NCBI GenBank assembly: GCA_018674305.1
Contig: JABHAL010000001.1
Location: 4,635 to 68,634, forward strand
Reading direction: 5' to 3'
Source of the DNA: Candidatus Falkowbacteria bacterium
GTDB taxonomy: Bacteria > Patescibacteriota > Patescibacteriia > UBA11705 > JABHMO01
DNA: 64,000 bases
The notes under the pieces are model-generated. The model was not told the origin of the DNA. It saw nothing but the letters and a program-made list of their open reading frames with translations, and made no database searches. The position numbers and the translations under genes are program-made. This document shows positions 49,101-57,982 of this stretch, piece by piece (within the stretch, counting starts at the first letter, position 1; the number at the start of each line of letters is the position of its first letter).

Positions 49101-50561
49101 TTAACGTTGGAATGGCCGGCAAGATTTACCTTTCTTAGCCCACATACCAACTCGGAACCTTTGAACAATCCGGTGAGTTCTGGATCCGTAAACCGGTGGC
49201 GGCTTGGTCAGGTCAACCTTGTCCGGTACTTGGTCCATGGAATAGTTAGAAGCAAGGAACTCTTGATGCGCCTGGCGGGCTACCTCCTCCCTTTCTCTCT
49301 CAATCTGCCATTTGGATTTTGGCGGCATTTTGACCACCTTGGCTTTTTTCTTTTTCTCAGGCTTTTTCCCGTCAACTTCTTTTCTGGTTGCTGTCTTCCT
49401 GGCAACATTGTTTTTTCTTTGTTCACGAGATTTTCGTCTTTGTACAGCCATAGCTCGAAAAAACTTCTTAACCAAGTTAGTATACTTGCTCCACTTTTGT
49501 AGAGCACGAGAACGAAAACGAACAGACCATTGCATTTTGCAGTTGATCAAGAAATAGGTAAAACCAAGAGCACCTGCTCCTGAAGCAAAATTTCCTAACC
49601 AGTATAAACCCTCCCCATGAGTGGGCACCTGCACAAAAGACCAAACAGCCAGAGTCATAATCCCGACCCAGACTAAAAAACCAATTGGAGAAAACGGTAG
49701 ATATTGACGTTTTTCATAAGGATATCCGCTCTTACTCCATAGCAGTCGAATTTCTGGATGCACTCTCCAATAAGCTTTCAACCATCCATCTCGACCACGA
49801 AGAACATTCCACACTTCCCGTCGAATAGAGATCGTTCGCCAACCGGCCATAAAAAATGCTGCACAGCCAAAGATAATTAACAAACTGCGAAACAACTTGG
49901 CAATCACTTCTGTGAACAGTAAATACAGCAAATAGCAAGGAACAGCTAAGACCTTAGGTATTGAAAGAATCTTGCGCCGTCTATACTGACACTCATCACG
50001 AGGCGGCTCTGAATGCAACCAATTTACATAGTGCCAAACCAACTTGCTAAACTTAGTTTCTGGCTCTTTAGCAAATAAAGCTTCTGGCACCTCCACTTCA
50101 ACAAGCTTAGAAGCAACTGACCTCCGAGGAAGATCATATAATCGATAAAACTCCAGACCCTGCCAAGAAATGCACTGATAAAAGCGGCCATTACGATCAC
50201 GCTCTAAAAGCCCCTTTATATACTCTTGGTCATCGTCACGAAAAGAAAAAACAAGCACACCAAGACGATGCTTGCCAGCACGCAGAAATTGCAGAAACTG
50301 CAGACCATCAGCAATTCGAAACAGCTGACGACGACCATAATCCCGATCATTCCTCCAATAATCACGATCCACCTTATCGGATTTTTCCAAGCACTGTTCA
50401 ATCAATAAAATATGAGTAGGGTTCTTGGCTAACAATTCTTCACCCAGTCCAATCTGAACTGGAATTGTAGCAGAATCCATCTCCTCTTTACCACCATTGA
50501 ATACTACTTTAAACTCTGGACTCAATGACTCATTTTCCGCAGCGGCTTGTAAATCTGACAT
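49101..50561 (-). CDS. hypothetical membrane protein with basic C-terminal tail
   Basis: 486 aa, 4-5 TM helices, ~45% GC versus ~32% background. Confidence 0.4.
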   Translation of the reverse strand: MSDLQAAAENESLSPEFKVVFNGGKEEMDSATIPVQIGLGEELLAKNPTHILLIEQCLEKSDKVDRDYWRNDRDYGRRQLFRIADGLQFLQFLRAGKHRLGVLVFSFRDDDQEYIKGLLERDRNGRFYQCISWQGLEFYRLYDLPRRSVASKLVEVEVPEALFAKEPETKFSKLVWHYVNWLHSEPPRDECQYRRRKILSIPKVLAVPCYLLYLLFTEVIAKLFRSLLIIFGCAAFFMAGWRTISIRREVWNVLRGRDGWLKAYWRVHPEIRLLWSKSGYPYEKRQYLPFSPIGFLVWVGIMTLAVWSFVQVPTHGEGLYWLGNFASGAGALGFTYFLINCKMQWSVRFRSRALQKWSKYTNLVKKFFRAMAVQRRKSREQRKNNVARKTATRKEVDGKKPEKKKKAKVVKMPPKSKWQIEREREEVARQAHQEFLASNYSMDQVPDKVDLTKPPPVYGSRTHRIVQRFRVGMWAKKGKSCRPFQR

Positions 50562-50720
50562 GCTTAACCTCCATTTAAATAGTCAAAGTTCAATATAACT
50601 AATTATAATATCAACTAATTACAAAAATGTCAACCCCGCCGCTCGCGAACAGCTGGGTCAAGGACTTAAGTAAAATAACCTAAAAGCCCCCTAATGGGGG
50701 CTTCTTCTTAAATTCTTATT

Positions 50721-51056
50721 TTAATCATCAAAACGTGCCTCTCTCTCTTGCCTATCCCTTTCATCTTGGTCAACATTGGGTTCTCCTTCAATTTTCCTAG
50801 TTACTCTTTCATCCAGAGTTTCTGGAGCTTCTAAATCTTTTTCCTTATTACGAATGCGTCGTTTCATTTCCTCAATTAATCGGAGCAATCTTTGTTTTTC
50901 TTGTTCTAATTTTTCCACATCCCCCTCGCCTTTTCTAATTTTCTCCTCAATTCTTGATAAACTACTTTGCAAAGATCGCAACTCATCTTTTAGGTGCTCT
51001 AGATCTTCTTGGATGCTGGGTCTTTGTGGTGAGCGCTCCCCAAAACCTTTAAACAT
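50721..51056 (-). CDS. hypothetical coiled-coil protein
   Basis: heptad-rich charged sequence (LKDELRSLQSSLSRIEEKIRK...). Confidence 0.35.
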   Translation of the reverse strand: MFKGFGERSPQRPSIQEDLEHLKDELRSLQSSLSRIEEKIRKGEGDVEKLEQEKQRLLRLIEEMKRRIRNKEKDLEAPETLDERVTRKIEGEPNVDQDERDRQEREARFDD

Positions 51057-51067
51057 AATATTATAAG

Positions 51068-52897
51068 TTATTCTAAAATCGCTTTTATTCTACGAACACC
51101 AGCTGAACTGGATTCTTCTTTTCTAATTTTAAAATGGCCCAAGTCACCAGTTTGTTCAACATGCGGACCGCCACACATTTCAGCACTCACATCACCGATG
51201 GAGAAAACTTTTACCACATCGCCATATTTATCTTCAAACAAACCAACCACACCACGTTCTTTTGCGTCCATATAGGGGATTTCTTCACACACAATCTGCA
51301 AGTCTTGTTTAATCCAATCATTAACTAAATCTTCAACTTGTTTTTTTTGTTCATCTGTCATCTTCTCTTCATGGGTAAAGTCAAAACGTAAACGATCAGG
51401 AGTAATGTTACTTCCCTTTTGTTTAATATGTTCGCCTAAAACTTGTTGTAATGCTGCTTGCAGTAAATGAGTGGCAGTATGCAACTTCGTGGTTGATTCA
51501 CCCTGATCAGCTAGACCACCTTTGAACTTTTGTTCAGCACCCGCGCGGGATAACTCTTGATGTTTTACAAATTCTTTTTCAAATTCTACTTCATCAACTG
51601 TAAGCCCTTGCTCGCCGGCTAATTCTTTAGTCATTTCCAAAGGAAATCCATAAGTAGAAAATAAATCAAATGCTTCTTCCCCAGTAATTTTGCTTTCTTG
51701 CTTTTTTTCTTTTTTACTTTCTTGCAATTTCCCAAGTTGCTTTAATCCATTCTCAAGTGTATGGGCAAACTTTTCTTCTTCCAAAACCAATTGATTGATA
51801 ATGAAATCTTTATTATTTTTCAATTCAGGATAAACATCTGCCATTTGTTTAATCACAACTTCAGCAATTTTAGATGTAAACACTTCTTCAATTCCTAGCT
51901 GTTTACCATAACGAACTGCGCGACGAATTAAACGCCGAAGAATGTAGCCTTGATCAACATTTGAGGGTTGAACTCCCTTTTCATCACCTAAAATGAAAGC
52001 TGCAGCTCGAACATGATCAGCAACAATGCGAAAAGCTGATTTATTGTCCTCATACTTTTTATCACAAAGCTCACTTATTTTTTCAAATAAAACGGCAAAC
52101 TCTTCAATATCAAATACTTCTTTTTCGCCATTCAAAACCGCTACCGTGCGTTCCAATCCCATGCCAGTGTCCACATTTTTCTTTTCTAGTGGAGTTAACT
52201 TACCAGCCGCATCTTTATCGAATTCCATAAACACGTCATTCCAAACTTCAAAAAACTTACCGTTATCTACCAGTTCATCAAAAGTTAATTCAGTGAACCC
52301 TTCTTCTGGTCGGGTGTCATAAAACATTTCTGAACATGGTCCGCAAGGTCCAATATTTAAGCCCCACCAATTATCTTCTGCTGGCAAAGCAAAAATGCGC
52401 ACATTTTCACTTGTCCATTTACCTTCTTTATCTAATTCGGCGGTAATATTAACTTTAGCAAACTGCTCTTGCCAAAGTTTAACGGATTCTTCGTCCAAAG
52501 GGGCTGAATCATCACCTTGAAAAACCGTAATATAAATTCGTTTAGGGTCTAAACCTAACCAATCTTTGGAAGTTAAAAATTCCCAACTCCATTCAATAGC
52601 TTCTTTTTTAAAATAATCACCTAAACTCCAATTGCCCAACATTTCAAAAAATGTTAAATGCCGATTATCTCCAACATCTTCAATATCGCCTGTACGAATA
52701 CATTTTTGTGAATCAACTAAACGAGTTCCACTAGCATGTTTTTCGCCCATTAAAAATGGTACTAATGGGTGCATTCCCGCCATAGTAAATAAAACTGTAG
52801 CATCATTTTCTGGAATTAATGAAGCTGATGGAATAATTTCATGTCCTTTACTTTTGAAAAAATCTAAGTATTTTTGTCTAAGTTCCTTCGTTGTCAT
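51068..52897 (-). CDS. alaS: alanine--tRNA ligase, catalytic + editing domains, no C-Ala domain
   Basis: class II motifs, the AlaRS tRNA-recognition region, and the editing-site H...H / CGG.H motifs (TATHLLQAAL, MCGGPHV). Confidence 0.9.
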   Translation of the reverse strand: MTTKELRQKYLDFFKSKGHEIIPSASLIPENDATVLFTMAGMHPLVPFLMGEKHASGTRLVDSQKCIRTGDIEDVGDNRHLTFFEMLGNWSLGDYFKKEAIEWSWEFLTSKDWLGLDPKRIYITVFQGDDSAPLDEESVKLWQEQFAKVNITAELDKEGKWTSENVRIFALPAEDNWWGLNIGPCGPCSEMFYDTRPEEGFTELTFDELVDNGKFFEVWNDVFMEFDKDAAGKLTPLEKKNVDTGMGLERTVAVLNGEKEVFDIEEFAVLFEKISELCDKKYEDNKSAFRIVADHVRAAAFILGDEKGVQPSNVDQGYILRRLIRRAVRYGKQLGIEEVFTSKIAEVVIKQMADVYPELKNNKDFIINQLVLEEEKFAHTLENGLKQLGKLQESKKEKKQESKITGEEAFDLFSTYGFPLEMTKELAGEQGLTVDEVEFEKEFVKHQELSRAGAEQKFKGGLADQGESTTKLHTATHLLQAALQQVLGEHIKQKGSNITPDRLRFDFTHEEKMTDEQKKQVEDLVNDWIKQDLQIVCEEIPYMDAKERGVVGLFEDKYGDVVKVFSIGDVSAEMCGGPHVEQTGDLGHFKIRKEESSSAGVRRIKAILE

Positions 52898-52963
52898 ATT
52901 AGAAAATTAACTATAATTAGCTATTTAAAATAATACAGCAAATTGCTATTTTTCGCAATGGTA

Positions 52964-52992
52964 TTGACAAATCCATCAATATTTGCTATAGT
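52964..52992 (+). promoter_or_regulatory. consensus sigma70 promoter P1 (TTGACA, 17 nt, TATAGT)
   Basis: ttgacaaatccatcaatatttgctatagt. Confidence 0.65.
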
Positions 52993-52999
52993 AAATGCA

Positions 53000-53126
53000 C
53001 AAAGACGGTGTGTCGCTGACACAAGCCTTAGGGCGTCGGCTTAACACATCTAGAGACTCTAAACCCATTCATGCAGTTAACATCTACGAAGGACCAGTGA
53101 TTCAATATCACTGGCCTTTTCTTTTG
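53000..53126 (+). ncRNA. candidate small RNA 1 (~125 nt, promoter P1 to terminator)
   Basis: bounded by P1 and the intrinsic terminator ccagtgattcaatatcactgg+ccttttctttt; contains GTGTGTC...AAGCCTTAGGGCG; no ORF. Confidence 0.45.
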
Positions 53127-53177
53127 TCTCGACGAGACTACTTTATTGTAATTTTAGTACATATCAACTAACATAGC

Positions 53178-53206
53178 TTGACTAATCTAAAAAAGTATGC
53201 TATAAT
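53178..53206 (+). promoter_or_regulatory. consensus sigma70 promoter P2 (TTGACT, 17 nt, TATAAT)
   Basis: ttgactaatctaaaaaagtatgctataat. Confidence 0.65.
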
Positions 53207-53212
53207 GCAATT

Positions 53213-53566
53213 GAACGTGATGAATAGCGTGTGTCTCCCCACTCTTCAAAAGCCTTAGGGCGAAGTTGTGGGTAAATAAAATTTTGTTATTATTAGTTAG
53301 AAAAAGAAAAGAAAAGAAAAAATCATTCATCACTTAGTTCACTTGTTCGTTCTTTTGCAGTCTTTTTTCATGGTTCTTGGTAGTTTTCTTTTTTGTCTCG
53401 TGGTAGTTCTCAGCTGGTAGACATAGTCTACCGAAAGAAAGCTACTAACAGATTAATTCTGTTAGTAGCAACATTTTCACTGCATATGCAGTGAAAAAAC
53501 TCGCCAACATGAGCCTTAGGGACTTGTTGGTTTAACCCCTTAATAAAATTAAGGGGTTTTTTCTTT
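53213..53566 (+). ncRNA. candidate small/structured RNA 2 (~350 nt, promoter P2 to terminator)
   Basis: terminator aaccccttaataaaattaaggggtt+tttttcttt; internal perfect hairpins (cactgcatatgcagtg; gctactaacag..ctgttagtagc); two copies of the AGCCTTAGGG motif; no ORF >20 codons. Confidence 0.4.
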
Positions 53567-53584
53567 ATTAGAATAAACTAAAAC

Positions 53585-53613
53585 TTGACATACTTAAGTA
53601 TCTGTGATATACT
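53585..53613 (+). promoter_or_regulatory. consensus sigma70 promoter P3 (TTGACA, 17 nt, TATACT)
   Basis: ttgacatacttaagtatctgtgatatact, 64 nt upstream of the 53677 ATG. Confidence 0.6.
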
Positions 53614-53676
53614 GTTAAATCAATAAACAATGATAACTTATCTTTTTAACTACAACATTTGAAGGAGATCAGAAAG

Positions 53677-54006
53677 ATGTCTAGCAGAAAGGAAACTCGG
53701 GTAGAAAAAGAGGCTCGGCTCGAAGCAACGGCTATTGCCAATGCGGCAGCTGGAAAGGTTGCCAACGCAGCCTCCACGGCCATCCTGGCCCAGGAACTGT
53801 TCGACGATGAGTTTGAGCGGGTTTACGAGGAAGCTTACCGCGACATTCTGCAAGATAAGCAGAATAAGGAGTTCTTCAGCGCTTGCGATGAGGATCCGCT
53901 TTTCAATGATGATCTTCAGAAAGAGCACGAGGAACTGTACTTCGCGAACCTCGCAGCTGAACAGGGTATTGCAAGGCCTCCGATCAATAAGGCCATCGAA
54001 GCATAA
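53677..54006 (+). CDS. small acidic protein (109 aa), ~52% GC
   Basis: ATG 7 nt after GAAGGAGA; Ala-rich then acidic (EELFDDEFERVYEEAYRD...); GC ~20 points above background; terminator follows. Confidence 0.5.
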   Translation: MSSRKETRVEKEARLEATAIANAAAGKVANAASTAILAQELFDDEFERVYEEAYRDILQDKQNKEFFSACDEDPLFNDDLQKEHEELYFANLAAEQGIARPPINKAIEA

Positions 54007-54020
54007 AAAAACCTACAACC

Positions 54021-54042
54021 CGGTAATATAGTTACCGGCGAC
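54021..54042 (+). terminator. hairpin terminator after the small acidic gene
   Basis: ccggtaatatagttaccgg perfect stem just after the stop codon; no T-run follows, so weak. Confidence 0.4.
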
Positions 54043-54071
54043 CGTATACTACATTGTGTGCGGTCTTTCTT

Positions 54072-54108
54072 TTAAAATAAAAAACAAAGAACTTGTCAAG
54101 CTCTTTGT
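54072..54108 (-). terminator. rho-independent terminator after mnmA
   Basis: acaaaga...tctttgt stem then tttttatttt on the minus strand. Confidence 0.55.
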
Positions 54109-54127
54109 TGTGATTTATGTAATTTTG

Positions 54128-55225
54128 CTACTCAATAACACCGCCACCTAAGCACTCCTCGCCTTTATAAAAAACACAATACTGTCCGGAAGTGATGGCG
54201 CGCTGAGGTTTTGTGAATTCAACCCGATATTTGCCTTGCGACAATTCATGAATTGTCGCTACGACAAAATCGCTTCGATAACGAATTTTACATTTACATT
54301 TTAATGGTAATTTTGGTTGCTCACCAGAAATCCAATTAACCGACCTCACAATCAATTCTTTTGAATCCAAGTCCTTTTCATCTTTACTTACCCAAAGGAT
54401 GTTTTTCTTTTTATCTAATTGAACAACATACCAAGGACCGCCGGCAAGACCAATCCCCTTCCGTTGGCCAATTGTATACAAAGGCAGTCCTTCGTGTTGG
54501 CCAAGAACATCTTCAGAACCAACGTCAACAATATTTCCCTTTTCAAATTTTATATACCTTTTTAAAAATTCGCCAACCTTGCCGTCTGCAACAAAACAAA
54601 TCTCTTGTGATTCTTTTTTACTAGCCGTTGATAAACCATATTTTTTTGCCAACTTGCGAACATTTGGTTTAGTGTAATCTCCCAATGGGAACAAAGTATG
54701 TTTTAAATGTTTTTGCTGGATTTGATGAAGGAAATATGACTGGTCTTTGTTTTTGTCGCGACCCGCGCGTAACAATGCGCGCGGTGGTAGAGACAATTCA
54801 TGAATTGTCTCTACCCGGGCATAATGCCCGGTCGCGACAAAATCAACTCCCATTGGTTTCAATTTCTTCCACAATTCCTCAAATTTAATATATTGGTTGC
54901 AACGCACACATGGATTTGGAGTATGACCACATTCATATTCATTAACAAAGTCATCTACAATCTTTTTCTTAAACGGAACTTTCATATCAATTACATAAAA
55001 CGGAACTCCAAGTTTATTACAAACTTGTCTCGCATCCTCTGATGACTCCAACGAACAACAAATATTTTCTCTAATTTTACCTTTAATATTCTCGCTCCAA
55101 AATTTCATAAAAACACCAATGACCTCATGGCCCTGTTCTTTTAATAATGCTGCAGCAACTGATGAATCAACACCGCCGGACATGCCTACTGCTACTCGTT
55201 GTTTAATTTCATTCTTCATAACCAT
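54128..55225 (-). CDS. mnmA: tRNA-specific 2-thiouridylase MnmA
   Basis: SGGVDSSVAA PP-loop, catalytic Cys, DKNKDQSYFL, C-terminal beta-barrel. Confidence 0.9.
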   Translation of the reverse strand: MVMKNEIKQRVAVGMSGGVDSSVAAALLKEQGHEVIGVFMKFWSENIKGKIRENICCSLESSEDARQVCNKLGVPFYVIDMKVPFKKKIVDDFVNEYECGHTPNPCVRCNQYIKFEELWKKLKPMGVDFVATGHYARVETIHELSLPPRALLRAGRDKNKDQSYFLHQIQQKHLKHTLFPLGDYTKPNVRKLAKKYGLSTASKKESQEICFVADGKVGEFLKRYIKFEKGNIVDVGSEDVLGQHEGLPLYTIGQRKGIGLAGGPWYVVQLDKKKNILWVSKDEKDLDSKELIVRSVNWISGEQPKLPLKCKCKIRYRSDFVVATIHELSQGKYRVEFTKPQRAITSGQYCVFYKGEECLGGGVIE

Positions 55226-55269
55226 ATTATAACAAAAAAGACGCTAATTGCGTCTTTCTTTATATCACA

Positions 55270-55635
55270 CTATCCTGCTTTTTTCAAGGTCACCATCACA
55301 TCTGGTAAATACTTATTATCTTTTTCATCAACAATCTCAATTTTATTATTTTTCATAAGCTCGTTCCACATAAGATCTGACATCACTTGCTTAGTATCTT
55401 TTATATCCGTTTTTAGATCTTCTACATCATTATACTCACTAGCACACTCATGGCGAACAGCAGTTTCAATTTCTTTTTTCTTGGTTTTCAGTTCTGCAAT
55501 TTCTTCCATTAACTCCTGATATTGCTTACGGTTTTCAAAGGCGTCCTTGATAACCATGGTTAATTCTCTCTTTTTTCCTTTAGCTTCTTGGATTTCATTG
55601 TATAAATCCTGAATACGCTGTTGACCATCTTCCAT
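55270..55635 (-). CDS. hypothetical coiled-coil protein
   Basis: charged heptad sequence, 121 aa. Confidence 0.35.
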   Translation of the reverse strand: MEDGQQRIQDLYNEIQEAKGKKRELTMVIKDAFENRKQYQELMEEIAELKTKKKEIETAVRHECASEYNDVEDLKTDIKDTKQVMSDLMWNELMKNNKIEIVDEKDNKYLPDVMVTLKKAG

Positions 55636-55717
55636 ACATTAGGTAAATGTTAAAAATTAAAGTAAATACAAATTCAAGTATAACAAAAATTCCCCTACTT
55701 AACAATTGTGTATAAAA

Positions 55718-55742
55718 AAATAGCTACTACAGCTATTTTTTA
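55718..55742. terminator. bidirectional terminator (aatagct/agctatt stem, A7/T6 flanks)
   Basis: perfect stem flanked by homopolymer runs, after the carboxypeptidase gene. Confidence 0.6.
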
Positions 55743-55754
55743 ATTTTAATCTAT

Positions 55755-56969
55755 CTATAAATATTTTTTTAGCAAGTTATACACTTCCTCATAATTCATC
55801 CGAATCTTGGCGCCCATCACCAAGGCAATTAATTCCGTGGTAGATCCTTTCGCCTGCATGACAAGATTATAACCAGCCTCATCAGTCCAGCCAGTCTTAG
55901 AACCCGTAATATATAAATCTCGATCTAAAATCTTTATGCAAGTATTTTTCACCCAGTAAACTACATCTTTGTTTATCGGTTCAACTTTGTACCACTTTGT
56001 GGTTGTAGACTTGAGAATATCAATATTCTTGAATGCTCTTTTCGAAATTGCGGCCATCTCAAAAGCGGTAGAAATATTATTTTCATTTAATCCAGTGGGT
56101 TCAACAAAGTTAGTTTTCGTTAATCCAAATCCTCTTACTTTTTCATTCATCTTCTGAACAAACTCATCCAGTGTCAATCCAGTGGCTCGAACGAGAACGT
56201 GAGTAGTATTGTTTTTTGAACCGACCAAGGTCGCGTAAAATATATCTTTTACTGTAATCTGATCCCCTTCTTTTGCCCAGAGAGTAGCTCCGCCTACATA
56301 GTCTGACTTCTGCATAGTCATAACCTTGTCCCAACCAGGATTGTGGTCAAGAAAAACTAAAGCGGAAACTAATTTTGTCATGCTAGCAATCGGTCGCACA
56401 TCATTCATGTTCTTTTGAAAAATGATACTACCGGAATCTTTATCAACCACGATTGCGGACTGCGCAGTTAAAGCGCTCGAATCATTTTCCAAAACAGCCA
56501 CTTTCGCATATGGGAAAATTGTTTTGGCTCGAATTAATTTATTTTCATAATCAATCTTTGAAGGAAGCTCTCGCCACTTTTGTTGATGATTATCATAAAA
56601 ATAAATCGCCTTATCTAGGTCATTATCACTTTCATAAGTCATCGCAATCAGCTGGGCACGTTCCATAAACCCCGGTTTATCTTTTCGAATATCAAAAGTA
56701 TAAAACCCAGAAACTGCTTTCTTCTTTTCAGGTAAATCATTAAAATTATCATTCTTGGAAATTTTAACTAATAGTTTACCCTGATGAAAATTTGGGAAAA
56801 TTGGAACCCAAAGCTGTTTATCAACACTTTGAACTGTATACCCTCTTTCCAGTGTCGACTGATCAAAATCAACAATAACAGTGTCTAATGTTTTAGCATC
56901 AGCTGCCTGGTAAATTGCAAAGCAAAACACAATAATTGAGAGTAAAACTACCCAACGCTTAATATCCAT
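55755..56969 (-). CDS. D-alanyl-D-alanine carboxypeptidase (peptidase S11, PBP5/6-like) with N-terminal extra domain
   Basis: signal peptide; SMTK (SxxK) at ASMTKLVSALV; SGN-like and KTG-like (SKTGWT) motifs. Confidence 0.8.
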   Translation of the reverse strand: MDIKRWVVLLSIIVFCFAIYQAADAKTLDTVIVDFDQSTLERGYTVQSVDKQLWVPIFPNFHQGKLLVKISKNDNFNDLPEKKKAVSGFYTFDIRKDKPGFMERAQLIAMTYESDNDLDKAIYFYDNHQQKWRELPSKIDYENKLIRAKTIFPYAKVAVLENDSSALTAQSAIVVDKDSGSIIFQKNMNDVRPIASMTKLVSALVFLDHNPGWDKVMTMQKSDYVGGATLWAKEGDQITVKDIFYATLVGSKNNTTHVLVRATGLTLDEFVQKMNEKVRGFGLTKTNFVEPTGLNENNISTAFEMAAISKRAFKNIDILKSTTTKWYKVEPINKDVVYWVKNTCIKILDRDLYITGSKTGWTDEAGYNLVMQAKGSTTELIALVMGAKIRMNYEEVYNLLKKYL

Positions 56970-57008
56970 ACTTTATTTAATCGTGAATTCTAAACTTTAA
57001 TGTCTCCT

Positions 57009-57482
57009 CTACTTTTTACTAATGCCGTCTGGTGTCACCTTGTAACAACCACCTTCATTATACTGACCTGAACCCTTTTCTAAATTAAACAAAATTTCAT
57101 AATCATTTTCTTCCAGTTTCACAAGAGTATAATTACAGCCCTTACTCAAACAAGCATCTGGTGTAGCACAACTAACATTTTTTACTTTTGGATCGTTAAT
57201 TGATTTTAATTCTGGCAAAACTTTGATTAATTCAGAATTCTCAACATTTGCGCACATACTAACAAATGACAAAGGACAGTATGATCTTTGAAAACTTCCA
57301 GTCTCATTTTTCACTACTGCCAATGCGCTATGCACAGCCTGCATATCACTAACTCGCTTAGAATCTCTTAATTCTTTTTCTTTTGCACTTAAAACCAAAA
57401 CTAATCCAGATAAGAGTATCCCTACAATAACTAATACTATCAAAATTTCAACCAAAGTAAAGCCTTTGCTTTTTGTAAACAT
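57009..57482 (-). CDS. type IV pilin-like protein (class III signal, GFTLVE)
   Basis: MFTKSKGFTLVEILIVLVIVGILL prepilin cleavage/methylation motif. Confidence 0.75.
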   Translation of the reverse strand: MFTKSKGFTLVEILIVLVIVGILLSGLVLVLSAKEKELRDSKRVSDMQAVHSALAVVKNETGSFQRSYCPLSFVSMCANVENSELIKVLPELKSINDPKVKNVSCATPDACLSKGCNYTLVKLEENDYEILFNLEKGSGQYNEGGCYKVTPDGISKK

Positions 57483-57497
57483 AGTTATTCTGTTATG

Positions 57498-57971
57498 TTA
57501 TTTCTTTATAATCCCTTTGTCTGTCAAAAAGTAACAACCAGGTTCTTTGAATTGGCCAGCCCCAGTTTCCAGATAAAAGTAAACTGCAAATTCATCATCA
57601 TTAATTCCTCTAATAGTATAATCACAAGGCTTAGTACAATCACTTTGACAACTTGCCACACCTAGCGGGTCTTTCATGTTTGCCACGGTTGTTAAATACT
57701 CTCCTAAATTTCCACCTACACACTGATGAACAAAAGCTCCACCATAATCCTGGGCCTCATTTGGACAACCCAAATCTGCTCCAAATCCGCCATATTCATT
57801 ATTAACAAGTTGCAAGGAAGTCTGAAGAGCATCCATATCACTAAGACGTTTGGTATCACGAGCTTTTTCTCTAATATCACCAAGAGAAACAACTGCCAAA
57901 GATGAGAGTAACCCAATAATAGCAATAACGACTAATAGTTCAATCAAAGTAAACCCTTTAATTCTTTTCAT
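57498..57971 (-). CDS. type IV pilin-like protein
   Basis: [27 protein letters not shown]; paralog of 57983..58438. Confidence 0.75.
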   Translation of the reverse strand: MKRIKGFTLIELLVVIAIIGLLSSLAVVSLGDIREKARDTKRLSDMDALQTSLQLVNNEYGGFGADLGCPNEAQDYGGAFVHQCVGGNLGEYLTTVANMKDPLGVASCQSDCTKPCDYTIRGINDDEFAVYFYLETGAGQFKEPGCYFLTDKGIIKK

Positions 57972-57982
57972 AAATTTATTTA

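Noticed and set aside
53380-53470. tRNA-like segment (tagttctcagctggtagac resembling a D-arm)
   Set aside because: No acceptor stem, no T-arm GTTCRA motif, and the anticodon-like stem is 11 bp. The segment folds as simple hairpins inside the candidate sRNA.
54740-54830. In-frame palindromic-element insertion (RPE-like) in mnmA
   Set aside because: Alignment to E. coli MnmA shows the corresponding residues are a normal part of the protein with no net insertion. Only the nucleotide-level palindromy is unusual.
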